From Octopus sinensis (lineage: Eukaryota): a stretch of DNA of 64,000 nt. The stretch is from NCBI RefSeq assembly GCF_006345805.1, contig NC_042999.1, forward strand, positions 90,086,001 through 90,150,000, read 5' to 3'. Positions 1 to 13,671 of this stretch are shown here, piece after piece; the stretch's first letter is position 1, and each line of letters begins with the position of its first letter. A program made the translations under genes and the position numbers. A model generated the notes under the pieces. It worked only from the letters and a program-made list of their open reading frames with translations, made no database searches and had not been told where the DNA came from.

Positions 1-1230
1 GGAAAACACATTCACTTTTGACCCAGAGAGCAACTGTTTTTGACAAGATGAAACCCTGAAAATGAAGTTAAAATAAATTCGTGTCTGTGAATTACTTCAT
101 TGGTTTAGTAAGTCAATCTGAGAAAATATGCTTTTCTTTTGTTGCAGTACGTTTAATTTTGATTCATTAAAATTCTCGTACAAATCTTTAGCATTCTGAG
201 TTGAAATTCTACTCAGATAAACTTTACTCTTCTTTTATCTGAAGATGACAATATAATGCATCAGTCGATTACTGCATTGATTTATATTCTTATAATGCAT
301 CCTAGATGAAAACGAAATTCTAACTGAACCCCTTGTTAATTTAACAACTATGTCAACTAATCAATTTTCTGGCCAAAGTATATCAAACATTATAAAAATT
401 TCAAGGATTATCTACATGGTATTTAAAATTGTTAAAAGTAGAGAAGATGGTACTTATAATCTATGCAGACTTTGTGAGATGTAAGTGATGGATGATAAAA
501 TTTGAGTATCTGTAGGTCAGCCTCTACAGGGAGAGAATTCTGAAGGACTGCAGTTTTAGGAGGGGAAGCAAAAACATTTAGTTAGAGACCTAGATGAGGC
601 ACAGGGAAGTAAAATTGTGATGTCCCTTCAGTTTTATTTTACTATCTCAGTTGCTATACTTATACTCATCATAGATTATAATTACAAGATGCTGTATTAT
701 TCTATTTACTACTCTACAATACTCTAGTTGTACATATTTCTCCATTGTACTTCCTCATTAAATTTTGAAATATTCAAAGTCAGTATGACAATAAAGTTAA
801 GTACAAAATGTCAGCAATTTGGTGACATTTTATTTGGATCTACATATTGGTTGATATTTCATACCAAGATGATAAAACTTAGTAGAGCAAAACAGAAGAA
901 CATTTGACTTGATACTAGCAAAGATATTTTAGCTCAAATCCTTACAGAGTCATAAAATATGCAGCAATAGCATCTCTTACAAAAAGAAGTACTTCAACTA
1001 CAAATGTTGTCCTGACAGTAATGCTAAAGTGGGCATGACTTTATTATTAATAGACATAAGTTTAGTAGAGTAATTCTTCCTTCTTGCTTTGGTACTGCTC
1101 AACATAGTCTCTGTTACAAACAATGTATGTGTGCCATCACTGAACTGAACACTTGAATCTTCCTTGAAAAGAAAAATCAGGTGTGCACTTTTGTATCCTC
1201 TTCTTCACTGCCAATTTAGATAATGTAGTA

Positions 1231-1795
1231 GTCATCATCATTCAATGTCTGCTTTCCATGCTGGTAAAATTTGTTGGACGGTTTGACATGGAGCTGGTCA
1301 GACTCTCAATTGTCTGTTGTGGCATGGTTTCTATGGCTGGATGCCCTTCCTAACACCAACCACTCAACAGAGAGTGTTGGGTGGTTTTTATGTGTCACCG
1401 GCATGGGTGCATTTATTCAGCACTGGCATGTCTGCTTTTTATGTGGCACCACCACCTGAAAGGACATGACTGTAAGTGTGGAAGACAGCGATTTTGCTCA
1501 GCTTGACGTGTTTTATCAACTACAGCAAATCGCCACATCTCCCAATTCCTTGTCATTTCTTCAGTGAGGCCCAGCATCTGAAGATCCTTTATCACCACCT
1601 TGTCCCATGTCTTCTTGGGTCTACCCCTTCCACAGGTACTTTCCACAATTAGAGCTTGGCACTTCTTTGCACAACTGCTCTCATCTGTACTCATGACATG
1701 ACCAAACCAGTGCAGTCTTCTCTCTAGCACACATCTGATGCCTCTTATACTCAGTTTTCCTCTTAAATCATTTGCATAGTCTCGTGCATGCAAAT
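1231..1795 (-). mobile_element. RTE-clade LINE 3' end (ORF C-terminus, 3'UTR, (GAT)n tail)
   Basis: Minus ORF 1413-1793 reads RRLHWFGHVM...GRGRPKKTWDKVV, typical of an RTE ORF C-terminus. It runs into the conserved tail ending at gtcatcatca (1231). A short inverted piece of the same sequence lies at ~1812-1895 (+). Confidence 0.85.
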
Positions 1796-3198
1796 GGTTT
1801 AAGACAAAAACTGGGTATAAGGGGCATCAGATGTGTGCAAGATTGCACTGGTTTAGTCATGTGATGCATATGGATGAAGACAGCTGTGTAAAGAATACTT
1901 TTACTGAGTCTGTCATTAAATCATTTCAGAAGATTGCCCTTCATTAGACCAAGTAGGTGGACGTCAGAGGGTGGGGGCACTGATCAACCTAATATATCAA
2001 ATGTCTGATTTATTGCTAAAGATGTGTGTAATTACATATTGTCATGGGGAACTTGGATTGTTTTTCAGATTCTTATTCAATCTTTTCTTTCTAATGTCTT
2101 CTAGCTGTTTGAGTGTTTCATGGTAACTTTGTCATCCAAATTAGAGTCAACATGACTTGTACCAATTGTTAACTGTTGAACTTCTTAGATCTTGGAAAAG
2201 AGATGTGACACACTATTCCATAGACAGAGATTTTGTTTTCAGATCACAAAGATATGGTAGTGTTTCATTAGCTTCAAATACTTCCAGCAGATCAAAGCAG
2301 ACTTCCACCATTCTTTCCTTTAGATCAGGTGTCAACTGCTGATATACTCACTTTGCAGACATGTTCCAGTATCCAAAGTTTTCCACCATCTATGATACAA
2401 TCTGAACCAATTATGTTGCACAACCAAGGTATTAAAACAACAAAACGCATCTAATATACAGAAACAGTCTCTAAACTAATTATGTCTGAGTTGTGATTAA
2501 GAAATGTTACTGTTATTATTTCAGCTAAATTATGTTTATTCTTATAAAAACATTTAAGTACTATGCTACATTCATCAATTTATTCATAGCTTAAACATAG
2601 TTGTCAGTTGACTAATTAACTCTAAAAACTTAACGGGAACATACTTTGTAAATGCTTTTATCCAGAACCCGATGATGTAGAAATTTTAAAATTTTGAAAA
2701 TATAACACTATTTTAGTTTGATTATTGGATATTTTGGACAAAAATAGGAAATAAAAATGCTAAAATCGGTGTAATATGAAAGAGAATTGAAGAGTTCATT
2801 CTTCATGTCTGATCACACAGGTACTTTATCAAAATTGCTGGGCTTACTTTACTGTCCTGAAGTAAATATACCTCTGTGTATCACAGCATTATTTATTTAG
2901 TTTTTTCTTTAAAGATACGGTTATATTGATAGATATTTTTCATCTTACTGTTTCCTTTCATGCTCTTGCAGTAAAACTATTTTTACTCTACAATATATTT
3001 AACTGCAGTTAATGGAGAGATAACAGATGGTTTCTGCAGGAAATTGGATGCAAACTAATCCAAGTCTTTAATGACATGATAATAATAAAAATAATTCATG
3101 CTAGCCTAGAAAATTGGTGATAATGATCACAATTTAATTTTGAATATTTTTCTTATTTCTTGCAGTATTTCTAGTTCCATGTGCCTGAAGCCAGTGCT

Positions 3199-4186
3199 AT
3201 GCCATCTACCAGGAGTACAAGCTTATCTGATGATGACAGGAAACCGAATACAAGATCAAAGGGAGGGGGCAAGTCCTCACCTTGGCATGGAGGTAAAAAC
3301 TCTCTACACTCATCTACAAAAACTCCTGCAAAAGCTACTTCAAAAGACAACAGGAATGAATCTGCTAAAACTATGTCAAAGGGTTTGACTTCAAAGAAAG
3401 TTCTCTCCTCTAAAATGAATTGTGAAAGCAGCAATGAGAAGTCAAAATGTAAAGTCAGTATCACACCTGAAGCAAAAGATGTAGAGTCTGAAGTGCCTGC
3501 TGAGGACCAGTCATTACTTTTACCTAATTCTGAAGTTCATTCAGATGATAAACAACAAAACACAACGATTGACCCTCCTCTAAATAAAACATTTCCAGAT
3601 CTTTCTGCTCAAAAAACAATCACAAAAGACAATAGTGACTCTTCAGACATTCCTGTGTCTTTGTTGCTGGACTCCAAGATGTCACCTTCCAAAGAAATCA
3701 ATCATATTAATGGAAGTGTTTTTCAAGAGAAGAGTACACATTTAATTAGCTTCTCTGAAAAGTGTAATACATCTGGGATTCTTGCTACTAAAGAGACCAC
3801 TTCACTACAGTCATCTGATAAATTACTTGGGGAAGGTTCTAGACCTTCCTCTTCACTTTATACATTATCTAATCAGATGAATGAGCAACTTGAACCTACT
3901 ACAGACTGTGTGAATGAGCATCTTTCTGATTCTGCTGGGGAAGTCCACAATGAGGTAGCTAACTCAAACCAAACCATCAGTAATAAAAAGAATAATAAAG
4001 TGTGTGATAATAACCCAGCTACTGCTACTAAATTGAATAAGTCTACAAACAACAATGAATTAGCTCAAGAATCCTCTGATGGAATTACAGTTCGAAAGAG
4101 TGGACGTAGGAGTATTCCAAATCGTAAATATTTGGACATGGAAACAGATTTCAGTTCAAGGAAATCCAAATCTACTACACCTACAG
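3199..4186 (+). CDS. C2H2 zinc-finger gene, first coding exon seen (Ser/Thr/Lys-rich, low complexity)
   Basis: Long ORF. Candidate acceptors at tgcag|3166 or ctag|3175; in-frame TAG at 3172-3174; first ATG at 3199 (start tentative). Donor ACAG|GTAAGC after 4186, phase 1, matches the next exon. Confidence 0.8.
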
Positions 4187-4439
4187 GTAAGCATGTCTTA
4201 TTAGAATGGTTGTGATGGTGAAGAGAGTACAGAACCAGACTAGAGATATTATAACACCGAGTCTGGTACCAGACTCAGTTGTTGCTTTCATTTTTCTGAA
4301 TGTATCAAATAACAATAAATCTAGTTAAATTTTTAGAGATTAAACACTTAAAAAAAAGTAGTTGAATGTAGTCAAAATTGAAACATCTTTAATGTTTATT
4401 GTCACTACCACTTAATTAGCCTTCTTTCTAAAGTTAGCA

Positions 4440-5700
4440 AGATCTTTGGTCTTTGATTAATCAGATTCTTGTCTTGCACCTTGAATCACTTGTGTTTTCT
4501 AACAAACCGTACAATTACTCTACATCATTCTCCGCTACTCAACTTCTGACTGATAAATGAACAGTCCTGTCATCTTTTGAGAATTATTGTGAGGCAAGTA
4601 TTGTTGCTCTTGACATTTTGAAAGCATTTGAGAAGATTTGGCATACTGGTCTCCTACACATGCTTAAGTTATATAGAATTTCTGGAAGCATCCTTAAATT
4701 TTTCCTATATGAACATAGCATTACAATAACTCTAAATGGTCATCGCTCTTTTACTTCTTTGCATCTAATGTTTTCCTCTAGTTTCTGTTCTTCATCCCGA
4801 TCTTGTTCTTAGCTTTCATTAATGCTCTTCTGGATGATATCTTGTCATCTTTGCTGAGAGCACTTCTTTGTATTTTTGAATGAATGAAAAGCTTGATTTG
4901 TCTCATTGGGTGAAAGTGGCTGGTTCTCTTGAGCTCAACTTTCACTTGGTGACTGATTGGGATGCATAGTGATTGGTTACTTTAAGTTTTAAACTTCTTT
5001 CCATTAATTGTTAAAGGAACTTTGATAATGTTCCTATTTCTGTGTCTGATAAACTTCTTCCTGAGTTTTCAAGTTTTCACCTTTTTGATTTAACCTTTTC
5101 AAAAGATATAACTTGATATGATTATATTAGATATGTTGACAAATCAGCTGTTATGAAATTTAGATCTCTTTATTGATCACATCATTATCTTTCCTTCAAA
5201 TGTTATTAATCTTTATGTCTCGTATTTGTCCTTATATGAAATGCAGTTATCATGTTTGGGCTGGTGCCCCTGCTAGTGTTCTTTTTCCCTTTGATTGAGT
5301 TCAAAAGTGATTTAATAACATTATTAGTTTTGTTTTAACAGCTAAACTTACCCTGTTTCTCATTTCTGTAACACTTCCTCTTTATCTCTGTTCTTTAAAT
5401 ACTTCCATAGTTATTGTTCTGTTGAGTTTTCTTCTCTGTAGGTTACTAATCAAGTGGTTCACTTTTCTGTTAATTCTCATCCATTAACTTTAGTTGTCCC
5501 CTCAACGTGTCTATTCTAGTAGTTTCTTTCCTTGAATATCTGACTTATAGAATTCTCTTCCTTCTTTTGTCCCAGATAAATATGATCTTAATTTTTTTTT
5601 AATTTTGTGTTGACCATTTTATGATTCTTAGAGCTTCTTCCCAGTCTTTTTTTTAACTCCTGACATACTAAGTGATTGCATTATTTGAGATCTGTTTCAT
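4440..5700 (+). mobile_element. Degenerate CR1/Jockey-like LINE reverse transcriptase remnant
   Basis: 4612-4700 translates DILKAFEKIWHTGLLHMLKLYRISGSILK, resembling the LDISKAFDKVWH-GLL-KL motif. Multiple stops and frameshifts; boundaries approximate. Confidence 0.6.
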
Positions 5701-7347
5701 TGCTTGTTGGTGGCTGCCTTGGGAATGATTAAAAATAAATAAATTACAAGAGAGATGGCAGAATTAATAGAGGGCTTGAGGAATGCCTTGCAGTATTTAG
5801 TTATATCCTTTTACATTCTGAGGTCAAATCCTACAGGGGTCAATTATATAAATAATAGTCAACTACTGGGTCTGATTTAATCAACTTTTATAGTTTGAGA
5901 CAAAAAAATTTGCTGGTGGAACAAACCCTTTAAGAATAGTGAATGGGCTGGATTTCATTTTCTACATACATGAACTTGGTGTGGGAAAGGAGTTTCATGG
6001 GTCTGCAGTGCAATAGTATATACCCAAAATATTGACAACCCTTGCATGAAATTGAAAACATGGAATAAGTTGGATGCTGTTTCATTGTATTTTCATGAGT
6101 TGGGGGAACATAACTAAAATGTATTTTAAACAAATTATTGGTGATTAATTGACGACCAGTTAACTTTTAACTAAAAAAAAAAAAAAAAATTTGCTTTTTC
6201 TGCAAGAAGTTTTTGCTGTATTAGAATAGTTATTTGTTTTTTGTCACATTTCACTGCACATATCCTCCCACTTTCCTGTTATAATGTTGTAGCTCGTTCA
6301 TCTCACATGTTACATTGTTATATTCACTCTCTTATATGCCATTGTTATTGATACAATCTCCCAAAGACTAAGTTTCCTCTCAAGGACCAGCATATACTGC
6401 AGCCCTGATCCAAACTCAGTTAAGAACCTCAGAGTACTACTCACATATATGAGACCATGCTTCTCCTCTACACACAAAGATCAAACCAAAGAAAGCTATT
6501 CAGCTGATTAGCGAAAGATTCACTCACATCTACTAGCTCACAGATACAGTTTCGTTTTCTGTTATTATATTGTCTCTGCTCATTTGAGTTGTTAAGCTGC
6601 TTTCCCCATCCAATTAGGCACCTGCAAAACTTGTCTGCCTTTCTATCATTACCTATTGTATTTCACCCTTCAGATCATTACTACGCACTTTTGCCCAATC
6701 CTTCCTCTCAAGAACTGCAGCCCTTTAAGATTACTTTCCTGTCAATATTTTACCTATAGACATCAATCTAAATCAGCATTATTAATCTGAAATTCTGTTT
6801 GAAAAGATTTGCACTCTTATTACTTTACTGGAATGTTTTGTTATTTATTTAAAAGCACCCTTTGTAAATACTCTAACACACAATGGAAGGTACCAGGATC
6901 CCCAGGAGTAAATGTAAATTTGATGATGAACTAACAAGGTATATTGTCTAACTTATCCTGATATGTTTTACAAACAGTAGGATGCGGGCTTATAGTGAAT
7001 GACAAGGGAACAAATCAGTCAGTAGTTGCAATAACCTTCATATGACCTGCTAGAAACAGCTACCAAACCTTCCTCATATCACATGCAAGCATCTTTAAAA
7101 GAAGCGGAAGGACATATTCAATAATAGAATGTGTGACTAGACAGTCACAGTGCAGTCTATTTGGGATATTGCCATTGTTGGTGGAATCTCTTTTGTTCAC
7201 GATTCATTTAATCTACAAGGTTTCAGCATGACCACAGTCCATTGAACAAATAGTAATTAAAGAAAAAACAAGTGTAACTCATAAAACATAAGTAGGGAAT
7301 TCAGAAGAGTGTTTTGTGCCTTTAAAAAAAGTCATACCTTAGCTAAA

Positions 7348-7908
7348 CATCATCGTCATCATCATTTAGCATCAGCTTTCCATGCTAGCATGAGGGAAAC
7401 AGTTTGACTGAAACTGGTAATCTGGAGATCTGCACCAGGTTCCAATCTGATTTGGCATGGTTTCTACAGCTGAATGCCCTTCCTAACACCAACCACTCCA
7501 AGAGTGTAGTGGGTGCTTTTTACATGCCACTGGCATGGGTACCACTTACATGACACTGGTATTGGCCACAACTTCGATTACACTTGACTTGACCAGTCAT
7601 GTCAAGCATGACATATTACTAAAGGTCTGGGTCACTTATCACCACCATCAGGCCAACATTTGAAGGGTGCTTTTTACATGCATGGCACGGGTGCCTGTTA
7701 TGTGACACTGGCATCGGCCACGACTATGGTTTCACTTGCTTTGATGAGTCTTCTCAAGCATGGCATATTGCCAAAGGTTTCAGTCACTTGTCATTGTCTC
7801 TTTGAGGTCCAACATTCAAAGATCATGCTTCACCACTTCATCCCATGTTTTTCTGGGTCTACCTCTTCAACAGGTTCTTTCCACAGAGATCAGCACTTTT
7901 TTACACAG
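7348..7908 (-). mobile_element. 5'-truncated RTE LINE 3' end with (GAT)n tail and ~60-bp tandem UTR modules
   Basis: (CAT)n at 7348, conserved tail (gatgcccttcctaac..caaccactcc), and the GRPRKTWDEVVK-like C-terminus near 7830-7900. Confidence 0.8.
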
Positions 7909-8439
7909 ATAAAAGTTATAAATGTATTTTCAAAGGTAAAACGAAGTCTCAAAATAATAAGTCACAGAATCAGTTAAATGAACTTCTATAGATGATGATA
8001 ACTTATCATCTAGAATTTGCATTGTCTCATTAACAGTGAGATCTCGTAAAAGTCATTTATAATTCTGTTACGTCTGGGGAGAGTCATTTTCTTTTTGTGC
8101 CGTATTATGTAACACACTCACCTGTAAAATTTCCACTTTTTTTCTTATTTTTATTGTCCTAAAATTTTCATTGCGTCTTGCAACCCTTACAATAGTTTTG
8201 ACTCTGTATCATTTATAATTTCTATCATCAATAAACAAGCAAATTGAGTGATTTATATAATTTTGTTAATGTATGCTTTATAAATAATTAGAAATTATTT
8301 TCTATTTGTTGATAATGTATTTTATATGCAATCCAAAATTTGATCTAGTTTTGTAAGTAATCTATTATATACTTTTCAAAATTAAGTTTCAAATTTACTC
8401 TAAAACACAAAAAAATCCACTGAATTTTATTCTATTTGG

Positions 8440-9860
8440 CATCATTATCATCGTCATTGTTTAATGTCTGCTTTCCATTCTGGCATGGGTTGGATGATTT
8501 GACTGAAGACTGGCAAGCCAGGAGGCTGCACTAGGCTCCAATCTGATCTGGTAAGGTATCTACAGTTGGATGGCCTTCTTAATGCTAACCACTCCGAGAG
8601 TGTACTGGGTGTCTTTTACATGCCACCAGCATGGGGGCTAGTCAGGTGGTACTGTCATCGACTACTCTCAAATTTTGCTTTTTACATGCCACTGGCGCAG
8701 GTGCTAATCATAACTACGGTTTCACTTGACTCAACAGGTCTTCTCAAGCACAGCATATTGCCCAACGATTGAAAGGTATTTTTAAATGGGTCAGTTATGT
8801 GACACTGGCATAGGCTACAACTATGATTTCACTTGGTTTGCCAGGTCTTCTCAAGTACAACTTATCTCCAAAGGTCTTGCTTGCTTGTCATTACCTCTGT
8901 GAGGCCCAACATTTGAAGGTTGTGCTTGACCACCTCATCCCATGTCTTCTTGGATCTACCTCTTCCACAGGTCCCTTCCACTGTTAGGCTGTCCTCATCC
9001 ATATGCAACACATGACCTTACCAGCGCAGTCATCTCTTTTACACACCACATCTGATGCTTCTTATGTACAACTTATCTGTCAGAGCACTTTCACTATGTT
9101 GTGTATGCACACTGACATTACACATCCAGTGGAACATACTAGCTTCATTTCTTTCAAGCCTATGCATGTCCTCAGCAGTCACAACCCATGTTTCACTGCC
9201 ATGTAGCATAGCTGTTTGCACACATGCATCATACAGTCTACCTTTCACTCTGAACAAGAGGCCCTTTGTTATCAGTTGAGGCAGGAGCTCTGAACTTTGC
9301 CCAGGCTATTCTTGTTCTAGCAGCTACACTCTGAAGGCATCCACCATGCTACTGACTTGGTCACCTACGTGATGGAAGCTATCAACTATCTCTAGTATTT
9401 TCCCCTGGCATGTGATGGAATCTGTTTTCTATACATCTTTGGTGTTTATTGCCCCTGTGCATCTGCCACACACAAAACTATCTTCCCAGTTAACCTTCCT
9501 TTGATATTGCTGCGCCTCTTAATATGTCCGTAACTTACACCAAGTACATCTTATGGAGTTTTTACCTATGCCTTTTCTACAGATTGAGCAGGGCCATCTA
9601 CCTGAAGGGATTTGTGATTTGTCTTCCTTCCTACTTACTATGACTTTGGTTTTTGCTAGATTGACTCTAAGGCCCTTTAATTCTAGACATAGCTTCCACA
9701 CCTGAATTTTCTTCCCTAGTTCTGGTAGTGACTCAGCTATTAGAGCAAGGTCATCAGCACAGAGGAGCTCCCAAGGTTATCCTGTCTTGAATTCCTCTGT
9801 TATTCCTTGGAGGACTATGATGAATAAGAGGGGGAGCATTGACTCTACTTACATTGTTTC
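8440..9860 (-). mobile_element. RTE LINE fragment (RT C-terminal part, Cys-rich insert, C-terminus, 3'UTR)
   Basis: Minus strand gives PLLFIIVL...WELLCADDLALIAES (YADD equivalent), GLRVNLAKTKV, WPCSICRKGIGKNSIRC and LYDACVQTAMLHGSETW. (GAT)n-type tail at 8440. Confidence 0.9.
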
Positions 9861-10019
9861 ATTATTTGCTCTGAAAGTATTTTTTTATATACCTAAAAAG
9901 TTAAACTTGGATTAAAATAAAGTAGCATACTGTTTTTTTATATATAAATCCTCAGTTTTTCTACAATATTTTTAAAGTGGTTCTTAAACATTTAATTGAA
10001 ACATTAACTCTTGTTACAG

Positions 10020-10080
10020 AAAAAAAGCCTCCAAAATCTCCACAAACTACCAAAACATCAAAAGCTGCTCAAAATTCTGG
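10020..10080 (+). CDS. C2H2 zinc-finger gene, 61-nt exon (EKKPPKSPQTTKTSKAAQNSG)
   Basis: ttgttacag| acceptor and |GTAAGA donor. Phase 1 in and phase 2 out join both neighbouring exons in frame. Confidence 0.8.
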
Positions 10081-10245
10081 GTAAGATATTTTCTATTTAC
10101 ATTTCAGTTGTTCATTAACGAGCTCATTGTTGTTCCCTTCTAAAACTAAAACTGATTGCCTTATTTTATTTTTTAAAGCTATCTTATTCTACCAATAACA
10201 TTTGAGATTTATATTTTTATATTTATTTTTTATTTTTTATTTTAG

Positions 10246-12010
10246 TGCCTCACTCATGAAAAGGAAATTAGATTTAACTCCTGAAAAGATACCTGATAAA
10301 AAATACAAATTACAAGCAGAAGAACCGGTTGACAAATCACCTGTAAAACAACATAAAACCCCCAAACCCCCACCTCCAAACTCACCAACAGTTTCTAAAA
10401 AGCCTGAACCCCAACAAAATGTTATTAGTTCTCTGGGTAACTCTGTAAAAACTCCCTCTTCATCTGTTCCCACACTTGATTCACCCACACAGATCAGTTT
10501 AGATAATACTCCTGTCATGTCTGTATTAAAAGATGCCAATGAAAAGGTCTCAAATGCTATGGTTCAAAACATAGTTCAGTCTTTCTCTCCTTGTCAGATG
10601 GAGAAGGTATCTGATCTCATAATGACTACATCTACCACTACTCCTGAGCAGTCTCTTCAAGAGGAGGTTCAGCTTACAATAACAGCAGAAGCAGAAACTC
10701 CTTGTGCAACCATTGGTACCAATTCTTTAGAGAGTTTTAATGTTGCTACAGACAATTCTGATTCTCTTTTAAGCAAAGAAATTTCTGAAAATATTCAAAT
10801 CTTTCAAAATATTCAAAAAGATGCAAAACTGAAGGAAGATCAAATACAAATGACACTTCCTTCTCAGATGGAAGAGAGTATTCCTGAAGAAATGCAACAT
10901 GAAAAGTCTATTTCTAAATCATTAGATAAGTCTGATAGCAAAGCAGATCATGTTATTATTGTCCAACAAGAGCAGCAGCTCGATCAAAGTTCTGAATTCT
11001 TTATAGGAGAGAAGGAATTGATTCAAAAAGATCTCTGTGAAACTAGTGTAAATAATGAGCTTAATTCAGTTGACCAATTTAGTTCAATTCCAACAGTTGC
11101 TTTACAAAACTCCATCCCATCTTCTGTAGTAGAACCTTCTTACGATGTTGAGGTGTCATTACCTTCTGCAAAACCCATCATAACCTTTGCTGAACAACTA
11201 CCCCATACCTCCCCATACACAGTTTCACTTTTGAACAATAGCAGTAAAGATAAGGAAGCAGTTGAATCTCTCATGAACGAAACCAGCATTTCTGAGAAAG
11301 TGTTAGAAACACCAAATGTAATGATGTGTTTGTCATCAGGTGGAGCAGAGCTTGTCTCTGGAAGCATGGCTCTTGATGTCGCGACACATGACGATGCTCA
11401 GAGGTTGGAGACAGAGGCAGCAATTCAAGAAATAACTGCTTCATTTACGCAAACATTTAATGGTAATGACATTGTTGTTACATCTGAAAAAGATACCATC
11501 CCAAAGTCCTCTTTGTCATTGGCTGAAGCTGCCAAGATGGTAGCTGAATCTCAGACTATTGTTGACTTGCAAGAGGAAGTTACATTACCGATAAATTCTC
11601 TCACACATTGTACAGTACAGCAAATCTCGGAAACTACCAGTTCCATTGCTAGTAATAATTCAAATGGAGTGCCACCCACTGCCGTTGCTTCTACTCAGAC
11701 ACCTTTACAGCTACCCAGGAAAGGAGTCAACTCAGCTAAAGTCGGTTCCATTATTAAGTCTTTACCTTTGAATGCATCAAGTCACTCCAAACTGAATGAT
11801 AAATTAGATGTAGAAGACGAGTGTAATGATGATGAGGAGGATGAAGAAGAAGAGGAAGAGGAGGATGAAGAGGATGATGAAGAAGAAGAAGAAGGTATTG
11901 ATGCAGCAGAAGTTCCCAATCAGAAATTAACTCAGGAGTTCATTATAGTTCATCTACCTGAAGGAACGCAAATTAAGAGGCAACGTGTGGATCATAGAAG
12001 TAAAGAAGAG
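10246..12010 (+). CDS. C2H2 zinc-finger gene, large low-complexity exon with acidic (E/D) tract
   Basis: Long polypyrimidine tract ending tttag|, open frame (ORF 10202-12154), donor GAG|GTATTT after 12010, phase 0. Confidence 0.9.
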
Positions 12011-12344
12011 GTATTTATTTTTTTTGTGTTAAACAACTCTTTTCTTTTTTCTCTCTTAGATAAGTGTAATAATTTGTCAGAGATGCATTCTGAAAAATGC
12101 ATGCTCATATGCACACACATAAGGAGAATGTTTTCATGCACTGGTGCAAATTGATATGCGTGCAAAGTACTACTGCTGGTGGAAATATGTTTAGTTTGGT
12201 AATTTATCTTTATCAGTGGTAACTGAAGATATTAGTCTACACCTACCTTCTTATGCAATTTGTCTTATGTCTTCATTGTTGAAAGAATGAAAGTGAAAGT
12301 GGCGGAAATGGGTAGGTGGAAGGTGACACATGACAATCATTGTT

Positions 12345-12716
12345 ATCTTTTACTTGTTTCAGTCTTTAGACTGTGTCCCTGCTGGGGTGCCAGCTTGAAG
12401 AAATTTTAGTCAAATGAATCAACCCCAGTATTTTTTTTAAGCCTTGCTAGTTATTCTGTCAGTCTCTTTTGCTGAACCACTAAGTTATGGGGATGTAAAC
12501 ACACCAACACCATTTGTCAAATGGTAGTGAGGGACAAACAGAACAAAGACCACACATACCTGTATACAAGCTTCTTTCAGTTTCCATCTTCCAAGTCCAT
12601 TCACAAAACTTTAATTGGCCCAAGGTTATAATGGAAGACACTTGCTCAGTGGGACTGAACCTAGAACTATGTGGTTGGGATGCAAGCTTCTTACCACACA
12701 GCCATGCCTGTGCCTA
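12345..12716 (-). mobile_element. tRNA-derived CORE-type SINE (octopus OR-like), near full length
   Basis: Reverse complement starts ggcacaggcatggctgtgtggtaagaagcttgc...ggttcagtcccact...gcaagtgtcttc. Same family as 33912-34230 and 48604-48775. Confidence 0.7.
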
Positions 12717-12859
12717 TAGTGGAATTTCTTTTAGAGATGTAGAAGTTTCATTACAAAATTGTCCTCCATCGATTTGCATTTTGTTCTTTTATCAAGGAAA
12801 AGCAATACTGTTGACTTGTTAGAAATTTGTAATTAATGTTGATAATTTATATTTTTCAG

Positions 12860-12968
12860 GGTCTAGTTGGTGTGAGAGTTGATGTAAATGGCTGTTATAA
12901 ATGTACAGAATGTGACTATTGTACAGTAAAGAAGGTAAACTGGTATAAACATCGAAAGAAACATTTAG
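12860..12968 (+). CDS. C2H2 zinc-finger gene exon (finger 1: CTECDYCTVKKVNWYKHRKKH)
   Basis: tttttcag| acceptor and TAG|GTTAGT donor; 109 nt, phase 0 to 1. Absent from the ORF track because it is short. Confidence 0.9.
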
Positions 12969-13671
12969 GTTAGTAAAATCATTTAACAGTATATTATATT
13001 GCTCTTGTGCTTAACTACATAGAATTAAACTATTATTTGTATATATATATATTTATAATGGTAATGTTTGTTTTTATGTTTAGTTATAATAAGATCAATT
13101 TTACATTAATCTGAGGTGTTACTCTGTAGAGCACAAATTTATTATTCTTAAACAAGAATATTGTTGACAGTGACTTTGAAGTTTCAGCTTGTTAAGCCAT
13201 ATTGTTCATCTTTCAATTTTTTTTGTGTAATGTATAAATGTAAATGCCTCTAGCATCTCCAAGAATCAGTGTTTTAGTTTCATGTTGAGTAGGTGAGAGA
13301 TACAAATCTCGTCATGGATAAGATGTTTGTCTATCGTAGGTAATCTGGTACCATTTCTTCAAGTGCTAGCCTAGACTGATAATGAAGTTTTTCTGACCAT
13401 GGCATTATAAAATGCATAAAATAATAATTTCTCTTAATTTAATTTTGTAAATTCCATAACTATGATAAAGAAATTAAGCTGACTTTAGCATAATTTGATA
13501 TCCCAATTAAAAATTACTTAAGTCTTTACATAGTTATCATTAAGTTCATTAGTTCAACAAACTTTTTACTGATGCTGGTAGTAATGTTACTTTCAGCATC
13601 TGTGTTGCTGTGTATACAACTTAATTTTCTTTAGTTTTGATCTCATTTTGTGATGAGAATCATGAATATTT

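Noticed and set aside
305-486. Possible upstream exon of the zinc-finger gene (donor GAT|GTAAGT at 480/481)
   Set aside because: No reading frame joins in phase with the main ORF through either acceptor (3166 or 3175); at most a 5'UTR exon, unsupported without RNA data.
3181-4215. Stand-alone 344-aa ORF; likewise the ORF extensions 10202-10245, 12011-12154 and 15041-15235
   Set aside because: These are exons plus read-through into introns; splice sites define shorter in-phase exons.
4259-4276. Perfect 18-bp palindrome GAGTCTGGTACCAGACTC near a splice donor
   Set aside because: A rough expectation of 64000 x 4^-9 (about 0.2) per window makes one chance occurrence plausible; no other supporting structure.
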